A stretch of 64,000 bases of DNA from NCBI RefSeq assembly GCF_009914755.1, contig NC_060926.1; one strand, written 5' to 3'. The stretch's first letter is position 1. The number at the start of each line of letters is the position of its first letter. Positions 28,602 through 40,680 of this stretch are shown here, piece by piece. The DNA comes from the human T2T-CHM13v2.0 reference genome, Homo sapiens. The position numbers were made by a program, and so were the translations under genes. The notes under the pieces were generated by a model. That model worked only from the letters and a program-made list of their open reading frames with translations. It searched no databases and was not told the DNA's origin.

Positions 28602-29399
28602 TAATAGAAAACCTAGCATATTTTAAACGATTTTGCCACTTAACACTTATTATGGACCCACAGGGTATGAGGGCCTTTGGAGATCATCTAATCGGACTTC
28701 CCACCCAACTACAGGAATCATTTCATTGCAACAACTCTTTAAACCCGTCTAGAAAATGCAATGCTCTCTCCCCTTTTCCACGGTTGAACATCTTCCTCAT
28801 GGCCCTATAATAATCAATGATAATTAATGAGCCTCTTCCTCTCCTTGGACAAAGAAATATGATAGGAGAAATGTTTAGTTTGCTGATGCCCATCATGGGG
28901 GAATAGTCCACTGGTAACTCTGGCTTTTGGGTTCAGGATTAGACAGAGTGGTTAAACTAAAATATTTATCGTAAGTATGAATTTGTTCCACAAACATAAC
29001 ATTTCAAAGGTAGCTTTGTTTCCTCTTTCCTTGCACTGCCAGCTATTAACTTTCGGTTCATTAGTCACGATTTTCAGAATCCACTTGGCTGCCACCTTCC
29101 TGCAGCCAGACCATCTTGGATCAGAGGGTGGGCCAGCCATTCCCACGTCACACCTGCCACGGGATCGATTTTTTCCCCCATTGACCACAGTCACTTTTTG
29201 TCAATTAATTAATGTTATTCACCTGGTACCCATCTTGTGAATGGTAGGTCACTACGGAGCGGATTACTACTTCATATCCCATCAATGACAGAGCCATCAT
29301 TACGAAAACCTTTTCTGACAACCACTGAAGAGAAACCATCTCCACACCGTGCATTTTGCATCACTTCCGTTGCTTCTTTACCTGATTTATCACAAAGAC

Positions 29400-30230
29400 T
29401 ATGTACCACACATCTTCTTTATTAATGCATTGACAATCAGTGAAGACAATGAAAACCCACCACTTTTGTCCGTGAACTGAGAAAGAAAATGGCAATGTCA
29501 TATGGCATTAATGATGCATGAGATCTATGGGTGTAGTGTCACGTCTAGGCGTGTAGTAATCCAGTCTTCGGCCTTACTCCAGGGAGAAAGATTCAGCTTT
29601 GTTACTTTCCAGTCACTCTCTCCCGTAACACAGCACCTTGGCACAGAAAGCAGAGCGACAAAACCCAGAATGAGGACAGTTAAAATTCAACTCAAGCTAC
29701 AGCCATCCCAACGGTCCTCCCCAGCTCCCGCGGAATATTTACCAAGACCGTTTAAAGCACTTAATTAATTCACTTCAGCTTCGCTGGAGAGGTCTCAGGG
29801 TTCCCGAGACTCCATTACATAATATCTTTCACAAAGTCTATTCCCAGCTCGAATGGAAGATGGATTCTCATCCAGTGTGCGGAGGTTCCATGCCTTTGCT
29901 TCCCTTTCCCGGAGTTCGATCCGGCGATACCCTCCCGAGGCTGCAGCCATCGCCCCGGCCCCGAGCTTCTGGGGTACCCGCCACTCTTCGAACTCCAATC
30001 TGGCCCCGAAGGTGCAGCCGCCTCGCCCTCCTGGCTCCCAGGCCGGCCGCTGCGGCCACGGTGCCAGCGAGCGCCCGGGACACCGCGACTCTCGCTGCTC
30101 GCTGGGTGCGCCCCAAGCCCATCCGCAGCGCACCCGCGGCGCCGGGGCCAGAGCCGCAGCTCGGTGGCACGGCCGGCTCGGTGCGCCGGGCTCGGGGAGG
30201 AGGAGATCGGGAAGAGGTGGAGGCGTGTGA
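29400..30230 (-). ncRNA. CRIM1-DT: Divergent lncRNA from the CRIM1 promoter (boundaries approximate)
   Basis: A divergent transcript at this locus is known to me from annotation. The sequence shows a minus-strand AATAAA (TTTATT at 29418-29423) just beyond the island edge, consistent with a 3' end near 29400. Confidence 0.55.
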
Positions 30231-30307
30231 GGGAGGGAGGAAGGGCCCGGCCGCCCGAGAGGGGGAGGGGGAGGCGGAGGGGGCCGGCCGGGCCGGGGAG
30301 GGGGGGC

Positions 30308-30413
30308 AGCCAATGAGCGGCGCGCGGCGCGTGGGGGTGGGGGGAAGGTCTGGGGGAGGAGGTAGGATGGGGGAGGGCGCAGCCCGAGCGGCTGAGGCTC
30401 CAGCCATAAACAA
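30308..30413 (+). promoter_or_regulatory. CRIM1 core promoter: NF-Y-type CCAAT box and TATA-like element
   Basis: AGCCAATGAG at 30308-30317 and CATAAA at 30405-30410 (overlapping ATAAACAA, forkhead-like), with conventional spacing upstream of the inferred TSS. Confidence 0.6.
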
Positions 30414-30432
30414 GCGCCCGGAGGAGCGGCGC

Positions 30433-30947
30433 AGGAGTGAGGCGAGCGGGGCGCGCGGAGCGGACGCCGCGGATCTTGTGCTGCGCCACCGCGCCCACTC
30501 GGCAGCTCGGGAGGCGGGGACCGGCCCGGAGGCTGCGCCGCTGCGGGGCCGGCCGACTCGGAGGAGGAGAGGGAGGAGGCGCCGCCGGCCCGGGCTGGAG
30601 CCGAGCGCAGCAGCCACCGCCGCCGCCGCGCCAGAAGTTTGGGTTGAACCGGAGCTGCCGGGAGGAAACTTTTTTCTTTTTTCCCCCTCCCTCCCGGGAG
30701 GAGGAGGAGGAGGAGGAGGGGAAGCTGCCGCCGGCGCCAAGGCTCGTGGGCTCGGGGTCGGCGCGGCCCGCAGAAGGGGCGGGGGCCTCGCCCCGCGAGG
30801 GGAGGCGCGCCCCGGGGGCCCCGAGAGGGGCGGTGAGGACCGCGGGCTGCTGGTGCGGCGGCGGCGGCGCGTGTGCCCCGCGCAGGGGAGGGCGCCCGCC
30901 CCGCTCCCGGCCCGGCTGCGAGGAGGAGGCGGCGGCGGCGCAGGAGG
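30433..30947 (+). other. CRIM1: CRIM1 5' UTR part of exon 1 (TSS approximate)
   Basis: GC-rich leader of ~510 nt with no ATG, starting ~25-30 nt after the CATAAA TATA-like box. Contains (CCG)n, (GGA)n and (GCG)n tracts. The TSS is inferred from motif spacing. Confidence 0.65.
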
Positions 30948-31278
30948 ATGTACTTGGTGGCGGGGGACAGGGGGTTGGCCGGCTGCGGGCACCTCCTGGT
31001 CTCGCTGCTGGGGCTGCTGCTGCTGCTGGCGCGCTCCGGCACCCGGGCGCTGGTCTGCCTGCCCTGTGACGAGTCCAAGTGCGAGGAGCCCAGGAACTGC
31101 CCGGGGAGCATCGTGCAGGGCGTCTGCGGCTGCTGCTACACGTGCGCCAGCCAGAGGAACGAGAGCTGCGGCGGCACCTTCGGGATTTACGGAACCTGCG
31201 ACCGGGGGCTGCGTTGTGTCATCCGCCCCCCGCTCAATGGCGACTCCCTCACCGAGTACGAAGCGGGCGTTTGCGAAG
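30948..31278 (+). CDS. CRIM1: Cysteine-rich motor neuron 1 protein (cysteine rich transmembrane BMP regulator 1), first coding exon: signal peptide + IGFBP N-terminal-like domain
   Basis: ATG at 30948 (A at -3) translates MYLVAGDRGLAGCGHLLVSLLGLLLLLARSGTRA-LVCLPCDESKCEEPRNCPGSIVQGVCGCCYTCASQRNESCGGTFGIYGTCDRGLRCVIRPPLNGDSLTEYEAGVCE, which I recognise as the CRIM1 N-terminus. It has a poly-Leu signal peptide, a CGCCxxC IGFBP motif and an N-E-S sequon. The exon ends GAAG|GTACGG after 331 coding nt (phase 1). Confidence 0.97.
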
Positions 31279-34200
31279 GTACGGCCGCCCGCTGCGGGCC
31301 CCCTCCCACCTGGCCTGCGCCGCCCCCTCGGCGCTGGTTGTGCCGAACAAAGTTTGGGCGAGACTTTCTGGAGGAAAGAGGGCTCTGCGGGAAGAGGGGC
31401 GGCCGCCGCCCCCAGGAGAGTGCCCCCGCGGCCCTGCGTTCCCTCTCCTTGTTCCCCCCGACGCTTAGGCAGTCGCGGGCGAGGTTGGGTATGGTGGGTG
31501 GGGGCGAGCGAGTGGAGGATCGCCCCTGTCCCCGCGCAGACGCGCACACGTGTGGCCGTTCCTGCTGGGACTGGGTGGCCCGGCCTTGCTCCCCGAGGTG
31601 GGGGCGCCGCGGGCGGGGGGCACTGCAGATTCTGCCGCGCGCGAGCCCCTCGGGGAGCCCGGCCCTACCGCCCTCCCCGCACTGGCGCAGTGTGGCACCG
31701 TGAGCCGCACGCCGGCCGCGAAAGTCCTTTTTCTGTTGGCGGAGGAGACGTGTCTCCAGCTCGCACTCCCCGAGTGACTCTTATTATTTTTTCCTTGAGC
31801 TCTTCCTTCACCCCTTCCTCCTCCTCCGCAGATAAATCAGTTTCAGCCGCGGAATATGTCAGCCCAGGGGAAGTTACACACGGTGGTTACTCATTTATTT
31901 GCCCATTGTAAACGGTCAAAGGCTTTCTCTCCTGAAAGGAAAGGGGGGTGGGGGTTGCACCTGGGAGTAAAAAGTTGTTGCTATTAGTGGCTGCTTTTTA
32001 ATATCAGATACCCGCGTGTTTCCTGTCGTGTTGCCGGTTCCTCCTTTTTGTTTGTTTGACAGCGGGGATTGTTCTGCTGGCTTCTCCAGCACGCATTGTG
32101 CTCCGCGGTGTCGAGATTGACGGTGGGAGAAACAGATTAGATTAGTGGAGTCTTTCTCGTTGGGGAGCCAATGTTAGTGCGTGTTGGCTTTAATCCCTGC
32201 CCGCTTGCGTCGGCCTTCAGGGTGCCTGGTCTGGTTTGGGGTCTAGAGCGAGGCAGTGAGTTATTTTGATGTGGCTAACGGGGGCACGGTTCGGTAAGCA
32301 TCAGTTAAAAGTGGGATCCCTGCTCTGGCTGACGTTGGGCTGATGATGCTGTTCCGGGGGCATCCTGGCGAGTGAGCAGAGCGCACGCAGCAGCCTCGTT
32401 TCTGGGGAGGCGGCGAGGAGGGACAGGCGCCCTCTGCCCGGCGTGCCTTCCTCACTACTCACAGCCAGCACCGTCCAGGGAACGGTTTATTCCGAAGCAT
32501 CTTTGTGTGTGTTTGTTTAGTATGCTGGGATACTGAAAAAGGAGGTGACAGCCTTAAGGATAACAATGGACCTATTAAAAGGCTTCAGTGCTGTGATTCT
32601 CTCTAAATACGCACAGACACACACATAGGTACTTATTTATACCTGAATAGTTTGGGGTTTGGACAGTTCAGGAAAATAGGGGAGGGTTTTCTGGTTTGGA
32701 AGCTAGTGGGCAGTGATGAGTGAAGGGAACTCTTCTCAGAGGGGAGGGACTTGCTCTTGCTTTGCTGCACACGTAAGACATTGGGTTAGAAGAGATCATT
32801 TGCCTGAAGTACAAAAAAGCCTCTCACCTGGTATTGTCCCCTTTTATAACTTGTTTTTATGCCTTACCTCAAGAAAAATGGCCATGAGATTAACTTCTGA
32901 TACCATTGTATGTGTTTTGACTTTGGGAATTCTGAATGACCTAGACTAAAAGATGCATCTTTGAACCCTGCCGCTTCAAGTGTATAACTTAATCCGGCCT
33001 CTCGTAAATCTGAAAAGAACAGGCGACATGAAACACAGTTAAATGCAGTGGAAACTGCTGTGTTCCAAGAAGGACTTTTGCAGGTTCTGAAGATTCTAAC
33101 CCTTGTTTTGTTTCTTCTTAGTCTGTTTCTGGTGAAGGAAGTGCTCAGGGAACATTTACAGTAATCGAGTGTTGTGGCAGCAATATCCCATGTCACAGTA
33201 TAGAGTTATTTTGGCAGTTTCGTGAGCCTTTCATTCCTCTGAAATGATGTGATCCCTCATAGCTTCCTTTTTTCTGGCAACACCCTGTGTGCTTGGTATT
33301 CGCTTTGAAATGCTTGGAAGGGTTTGTTGACATGATTATATCTCAATTAGTTTCTCTAGAAACACTTTTTATTTTACAGGCCTGTTTTCAACTATCAATA
33401 TTGTGTGTCCAGGGCACTTCCTTTAAAAAAAAAAATACTGAAAACAGCAGTCAACTTGCATTCTAAATCTGTGAAACCAAAGTAAGGACAGTGTTACCTG
33501 GCATGATATAATGGTTGGATTTAGACAGATATTTTCAATCGTGTGTTTACAATTTCAGTGTTTTCACTTAACGACAAGATTTATGGAAAGCATGGGATAA
33601 GTGATACCCCAACCGCCCCCCGCCTGCCATTTTTAAAAAAAGAATTAGAGGAGCCTTCAGATGTCAGCAGTTACCTAGAAGGTATTGATTATCTCTTGTT
33701 TTTCTGTGAGTTTACAAGAAATTTCGGAATGGCCAGTGTTTCCCTCAGTTTCCATTTTTATTCAGAAATTCACGTGGTGAAGCATGGTTATCATAACTAA
33801 CATGAATAGGAATCAATATATTTTATTCATGTTGAAGTCTCTTTTGCTGCAATTTTTGCACTAAAATGACCCCTACTGGTTGTATCTGTTAATGAAAACT
33901 CTTGAAAACTTATTTAATTGGCTACGTTGTAAAAACATATTGCATGTTATAGAAATATTATCATGACTAATCTCCCTGCTTTCGATGACATAATTTAAAT
34001 ACAAATTATATTCTCTGTTTGCCAACTTGCAGTAATTTTTAGCAGTGTTTACTCTCATACTGGCTTTGTAGGGGAAAAAAATTACGTTTTTAACTGCAGT
34101 TCACAAAATGAGTTAGATAAATCATGGGCAGAAATGGGCCCCTTTCAGCTTGTGGCTCACAGCCTTAGGTTTTTAAGGCATGCTGGTCTAGTTGGCTCTC

Positions 34201-37200
34201 AGTAAAAGTACATTGAACAAACGGAAGAACAATCCTATCCATAGAAAGAATGCTGAAGGAAAAAAAATATTTTCTGAATGATTAAATAATGTGATGAGTT
34301 GTGTCCTGTGCACCATGTGAGATGTGCACTTGGATTTCTTTTCCGCATTGTTTAGATTGTTATTAAATAAATTCTAATTGAATTATTCCTTTTGTGGTGG
34401 GGGCTGGGGGTGGTAAGTGCATTTGAAAAAATGAGCATGGAGCCTGATACCTAAAAGTTTTTCCTACTTTCTGTCAGTCTAGAAAGTGCTTTTTGGAACT
34501 TAGGAGAGTGCAGGTCTTTTTCCTCTTTCCATTCGTCTGCTAAGACCTCCTGTTGCTCTTTGCAGCATCCTAACTGGCCTGTTTTCTTGGCCAGGCTGCC
34601 TGCCTCCAGGAAAATCACCTAGAAGCCAGAGAAACAAGTGTGGATCCTGAACCCCTGAGAAAGAAATCTGGATGGAAGACATCTTTGGAGGATCGAAGGC
34701 AGAGTTTAGAAAAATTAATGAAGTGAGATTTTCTAGAAAGAAGATTTTGATTGGACAGTGAGAATTATGTTTTGAGCTAAGGGGTTGAGAGCCATTTCTT
34801 CTCCCATGTGTCATAGCGCTTTATGCTTCTATAAGGAGTGAGGCAAGGTGAGAGAGCATGACCAGCCTCTCTGGGCAGTTAAAGGGCAGATGGTGACTTG
34901 CTTTGGCAGTTTGTACAGACAGAGTGATGAGGAACCAGGTGGAGACTACTTGAGTCACTGTTCCGAGGACTCTGTTGTATTAGATTCAGGTGATAGCTAG
35001 ATCAGATAAGCACCAATTTTTTTCTTGGTGACTATTTACTCAGTAGCTTCATATTTTGGAACTTAGCATTCCATCTTTTTCACCATTGCTATCTAAAAAC
35101 GACCTCTTTCAGAACGCAATCCTCCTTTTATTTCCCCCAGGAATTTTAACTGTTCCTTTTACCCATTTTTCATTGGGCAGTGTGTAAGAGAACTATGTAT
35201 ACATAGTGGGGTACTTACAGCAAAAAACAGAATTTTGTTTCCTGAAACTTGCCATGCAAAGTTTCTTTGCTTATCCCTGGAAGACAGTCAGTGAAGATGA
35301 TGGCTGCTTGGAAGAAAATGTATGCGGGATCTGCTCCAGAAAGCAGGCTGCAGGAGGCCAGATAATGAACCCAAACATTTCATTCTGCACAAGCCGCATG
35401 GAAACTACTCTCACCACTCTGTAGTAGGGCCTGAAGTTAAGAGTCCACGAATTTTAATTCACTCATTAAGTAACGGGAGGGGGGCAAAATATCAGCTTCT
35501 ATAGTTAGAAAAATTAAGCTCTTGGCTTTGTTTTGGAATAATGGGTTTCATTTTTCCTCTCAGAAGTCCTTAGGTAGACAGGGAGCCCTTAGATCCCAGA
35601 GAGGAACAAGCAGAGGGCCTATAACATTATGTTAACAGGGAATGGGAAGAGAAACCAACGAAGTAAACAAGGAAATAATTAGTTCCTCCCAAAAGTAAAT
35701 ATTGGCAAAACATGGAGAGACCAACTATTCACTGCACTTAAATAAATGACAGGACTCAGTGACCTTCACTTTGATTGCCAGGCTTATAGAATCTTCCCTG
35801 TTATTGAGGAGTCCTGTCACATAAAACACTTGGCAAAGGGCAGATGGATTGTGTATTATCAGAATGGCAAAAATAGCAAGTCTGGAGATATTTGTTGCCA
35901 TTCACACATATTGTACACTGACCAGGAAAATCTCCAAGCAAGAGGTTGGCAGTAGGGTTGTAAGCAGTCAGATTAATATATGAAGAAAACTGAACAGTCC
36001 TTAATCTGTGTAGGCATTACATCCATTTGTAGGAGGTATTTGGTGACTTGGTACAGGTTTCTTTGTTTTGTGTGGTTTGTTGAAGATGCAATGACCGGGA
36101 TGAATGAGTGAACAGCTGGGTGAGGCAGGGGATGGGCATTATGAAGTTGGGGGATATATTGTAGATGAAACAGATGACCCTAAGGAGGTAATGAGGGGGT
36201 GGACTAAAGAATGACGAATGGGAGAAGGGAAAATATTGAATTCATCTTAGCACAAGTATATCATCCTTTGAAGAATAATCCAAAACACATTCCAGACATT
36301 AATTGTGAAATTCCTGAAAAATGTGGGTGTGCTTAACATCTCCCAGGCTATGGTGCAAGCAGAGATGATAGTGTTGCTTTAGCCTGTAAATACAAGAGGG
36401 TAGGAGGTGGTAAAATGAGTGGAAGGGAAATACATTTAGTGAAGCGGGTTCCTGTAACACTGTGTTCCGTATGGCACGTTTGGTATCAGGATTTTGGAGA
36501 CACCCCAGTAAAGCTCATTTAATTATTTGAGGGAGAAACAGTAGACTAGCCAAGCATGCATGAATAACACATTGAAAGCTTTCCTTCTCAGAGGTCTAAT
36601 TCTGCAAAGCTGCATTTTCAAAGATCTGACTTGCCTTTGCATGGAAATCAGTCATTCATTCATTGGTCTTCTATGCTGTACAAGGCCTTCTGCTGGGGTG
36701 AGGGGGAAACTAGGGAGCCCGGGGACCTCTCCAACATATTCTTTGCTCTGTACACTTAATCAAGATAAGAAATAAAGACAGCAAGACTGCAAAAAGTCTA
36801 TTATGTAGACTTGCAAAAAGTCTACATAATAATATAAATTCAAGCCAAGTAGAAGTGATTTTGCAAGTCTGTGTATGATTAATTGGCTAGTGAAATATAT
36901 GGATAAAATTAGTTGTAGGAATTAAAGCATCTGAAGTGATCTCTTGAGGCTCTGGTGGCAAAGCAGAAAGGGGAATTTGAATTTGAACTAGGTTTAAAAG
37001 TGTGAGTAGTAGCCCTTTCTTTTGGCAGGGGAGGTGATCCTACCCATTCTCCTTAGAGCCTGTGCAATTGGTCTCAGTGTTTCTCAACATCTAAGAATGA
37101 AGCTGCATTCTTAATGCTTTAGTAGCTGTGCTTCAAAACGGCAAGTTTCCTTTTGAGAGTGATTTTCTCTTTGTTCTAGCTTGTTTCACTAGGCGGATAA

Positions 37201-37512
37201 GCGTGGGCAGTAAACTGGGAGGTGTCCCTTTATCAGCACCTCTCAGCTTCACCCACCCTGCTGCTTGCCCTGGGCAGTAGCCTGGTCACATCTTTGAAAA
37301 CCTCTGTTTAGTCAAGACTTCCTAAGTCAAGACAGAGGAATGGTTGAATATACCTCTATGTAAGAATACCCTCAAGGTAAACACTAAACTCTTACGTGTT
37401 TTATCTTGGGCCCACATGAAAAAAGTAAATGTTTTTAAAGAACCTATTTTCCTTTGTTAGTTGCAAAGTGAACAGGTATCAATTCCTTACCTCCCTCCTC
37501 CAGTCCCAGTTA

Positions 37513-37991
<479 letters not shown>

Positions 37992-38754
37992 TTAAAAGAA
38001 TGACTGGCACATGGAACATGCTTACTAACAAGGCTACTAACCAGTATAAGTGAAACAATTTTACTTGGGCTCAGTCTCTTGTTCTCTTAATCCCCATCTA
38101 CCTCAGTCATTGATGGTAAGCAGTTAAGGAGGTTGGGCTCTTAGAAAGGGAGCAAATTGTTACTGAATTCAGCAGTCGTCGCCGCCCCCCCCCCCCATGA
38201 CTATCTTTTTATACCTTGTCTAAATGATTTCTACAAAGTTTGTATATTTTGAGTAATGTTTTAGGTCTGATATTATTTTGCATTGATTTGTAGGAATTAT
38301 AAATGTAACCATTTATCTGTGAACAAATAATTAAAAATACTTAATTTGGGGAGGAGGCGGGAACCTAGATGTGCTATAATCAGCAGTGTGCACTTTGCTT
38401 CACATTATCTTCTGGGAGGAAATTTTGCTCCTAGCTCCTGAGTGTGCACACTGATGACCACTGCAGGATTTGGCCTGGCTTGAGCAAAGAAACAGCTCGA
38501 CGCCATGGGGGCTATGGTTCCAACCTGCTGCTGCAGTTGGTATAAACTAGGCAAAACCAGAAGTCAGAGGATTATCCATTCCTCTTGTTCTTTTTCTAGC
38601 TCTACCTGTTCTTCTGCCATTCTTCTGCCTGAAAATATTCATGAGCATCGCCTATGGGTCTTGTCTCTGTGCTTTACAGTAGTGACATCACTTGTGTAAG
38701 CCAGTTTTTCTGTTAGTCGTCGGTACCTCCTAGGTTCGCTGTGGGGGTTAAGTG

Positions 38755-38920
38755 AGATAAAACTGTGCTTCTGAAATTTTAGTGTGCACACAAATCACCT
38801 AGGTATTTAAAATTGCAAGTCTGATTAAGTTAGTCTGGGGTGATGCCTGTGATTCTACATTTCTAACAAATTTCTGGCTGATGCCAGTGTCACAGGTGCC
38901 AGGACCACACTTTTAAGTAG
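38755..38920. mobile_element. MER5A-like MITE
   Basis: GTGCACACAAATCACCTAGG...TTTCTAACAAATTTCTGGCTGATGCC...GGACCACACTTTTAAGTAGCA. Confidence 0.7.
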
Positions 38921-39289
38921 CACAAAGCTAGTACCTATGTATACAGCATGTATCACAGAGTATGCATATTAAAAGACCTGATAAATGTTACCTGCTATTA
39001 TAGTCATTATTTTTCAGCCAAAATAAATAAGATATGGTCCTTGTTTTCACACAGGCCATGATCTGATGGTAAACTGGAAAAGCAGACAATTCATTACAAT
39101 CAGTTCAGTAAGCCATGAGATAACGGAAATGCCAAGCATGTCAGGAGCAAGTAAGAGGGAGTCTAACCCAAATCTGACCACCAGGAAAAGTTTAGTGGAG
39201 GATGCAGCAACAAGAAAGACCTGAGGGTCTCCTCTCCTCCCTCCTTTTTTCCTGCACTTCTTGTGCAGGATGTTTTAGGAAAAAGAAAA

Positions 39290-39455
39290 TAGGGCTTGGG
39301 GCTAGACAAACCTGCATTGAAATCTTAAATCTGTTATTTTTTTAATCGTGAGATCAGCTTGTTTAGTTTCTCTGAGCTTCAGTTCCCTCATCTGTGAAAC
39401 TGGAATATTAATAGCTTTCTATTAAGTAAATATTGTAGTGAGGATTAGAGATTTA
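39290..39455 (+). mobile_element. MIR
   Basis: CTCTGAGCTTCAGTTCCCTCATCTGTGAAACTGG core. Confidence 0.7.
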
Positions 39456-40385
39456 TATATATGATTACATAGATGTATATATAAGATTGTGTGTGTGTGT
39501 GTATAGTATGTATGTGTATATGCTAGTTTCTGGTACCAAATAGATTTTTTAAAATAATATTAATTTTAATTTCCATTCTATTTTCTATCCTTTCCCATTT
39601 TCCTCTTTGTTAGCTTTCTCTGTAAGTTTAAAAATTTACCTTGTGGGCACACATTTCCTCCAAACTTAACTAAATCTCTTCAAAGGGGTGGGAGTTTCGA
39701 GGGGGAATTCAAATGTCAGATGTTTGTCAAAGAGAAAAGAACCGTGAAGTACCGAGAACAGGGGGCTGGGAATACAGGGTCTATGCACCAAGGAAACATG
39801 CGTTGGTTTGATCCAGTGCAACTACAGTTCCCAGCGCCTTTGGCATTTCAGCAGAATGTGAACACTTGCTTGATTTTGTGGTTTGAGCCCCTACATCCAA
39901 AGAGCTATTTCAAATTAATATTTATTTAAAAATGGCCTTTTAATATTAATGGCATATGGTTTTATGACAGTGAATTAAATTTCCTTTTATTGTTAGAACT
40001 TTTTGAGGATTTCTGGACATCACTGGAGACGTTGGAGACCCCAAGGATATAGCCAGGCCAGGTTGATATATCTCACTGAGGTTACAGAAGGAAGCAGCGG
40101 CAAGCCTAGCCGATTCAGAGACCACTGCGGGCTTGGGAATGAGCAGGAGAGGGTGTGAGGGCCAGAGGCCATCTGTGTTGCTTTTCTCTCTCCCAGTCAT
40201 TCTAGCCATCTTTGATGTGGACTAATAGTCGAGGTTGGCCATGGGTTTGCACTGTCTCTAGGGAGTCTTTGTGATATAGTGCGGGGTAGGAAGAACACCT
40301 AGAATCAAAATATCTAATGTTACTAGCTGTTTAGTTCTTAGTGTGGGTATGGTCCCATTTTAGGAGAACAGAACTATGAACTATG

Positions 40386-40680
40386 TTTGTGTTTTTTTTT
40401 TTTTTTTGAGACAGAGTCTCACTCTGTTGCCAGGCTGAAGTGCAGTGGCATGATCTCAGCTCACTGCAACCTCTGACTCCCTGGTTCAAGCGATTCTCCT
40501 GCCTCAGCCTCCTGAGTAGCTGGGATTACAGGCATGTGCCACCACGCCCAACTACTTTGTGTATTTTTAGTGGAGACCACGTTTCACCATGTTGGCCAGG
40601 ATGGTCTCTCGACCTCGTGATCTGCCCACCTTGGCCTCCCAAAGTGCTGGGATTACAGGCGTGAGCCACCGCGCCCAGCC
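40386..40680 (-). mobile_element. AluSc-like
   Basis: CTGTTGCCAGGCTG and CCTCGTGATC diagnostics; CAGAACTA on both flanks. Confidence 0.92.

Larger units (their letters stand above)
29700..32450. promoter_or_regulatory. CpG island / bidirectional promoter region
   Basis: Very high GC and dense CpG (core ~29900-31780) against a CpG-depleted background; many GGGCGG and G-run motifs. Confidence 0.93.

Noticed and set aside
29795-31547. Antisense ORFs of 438, 559 and 227 aa
   Set aside because: CpG-island artefacts with near-cognate starts, no recognisable domain, and several frames open at once.
31279-31703. In-frame continuation of the CRIM1 ORF past the donor (276-aa ORF)
   Set aside because: The sequence after VCE is intronic, loses the Cys pattern and departs from the CRIM1 protein as I recall it.
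29860-31911. 683-aa + strand ORF overlapping CRIM1 exon 1 in another frame
   Set aside because: Low-complexity G/A/R/P product; stop codons are rare at this GC content; its ATGs lie upstream of the inferred TSS and it runs through the splice donor.
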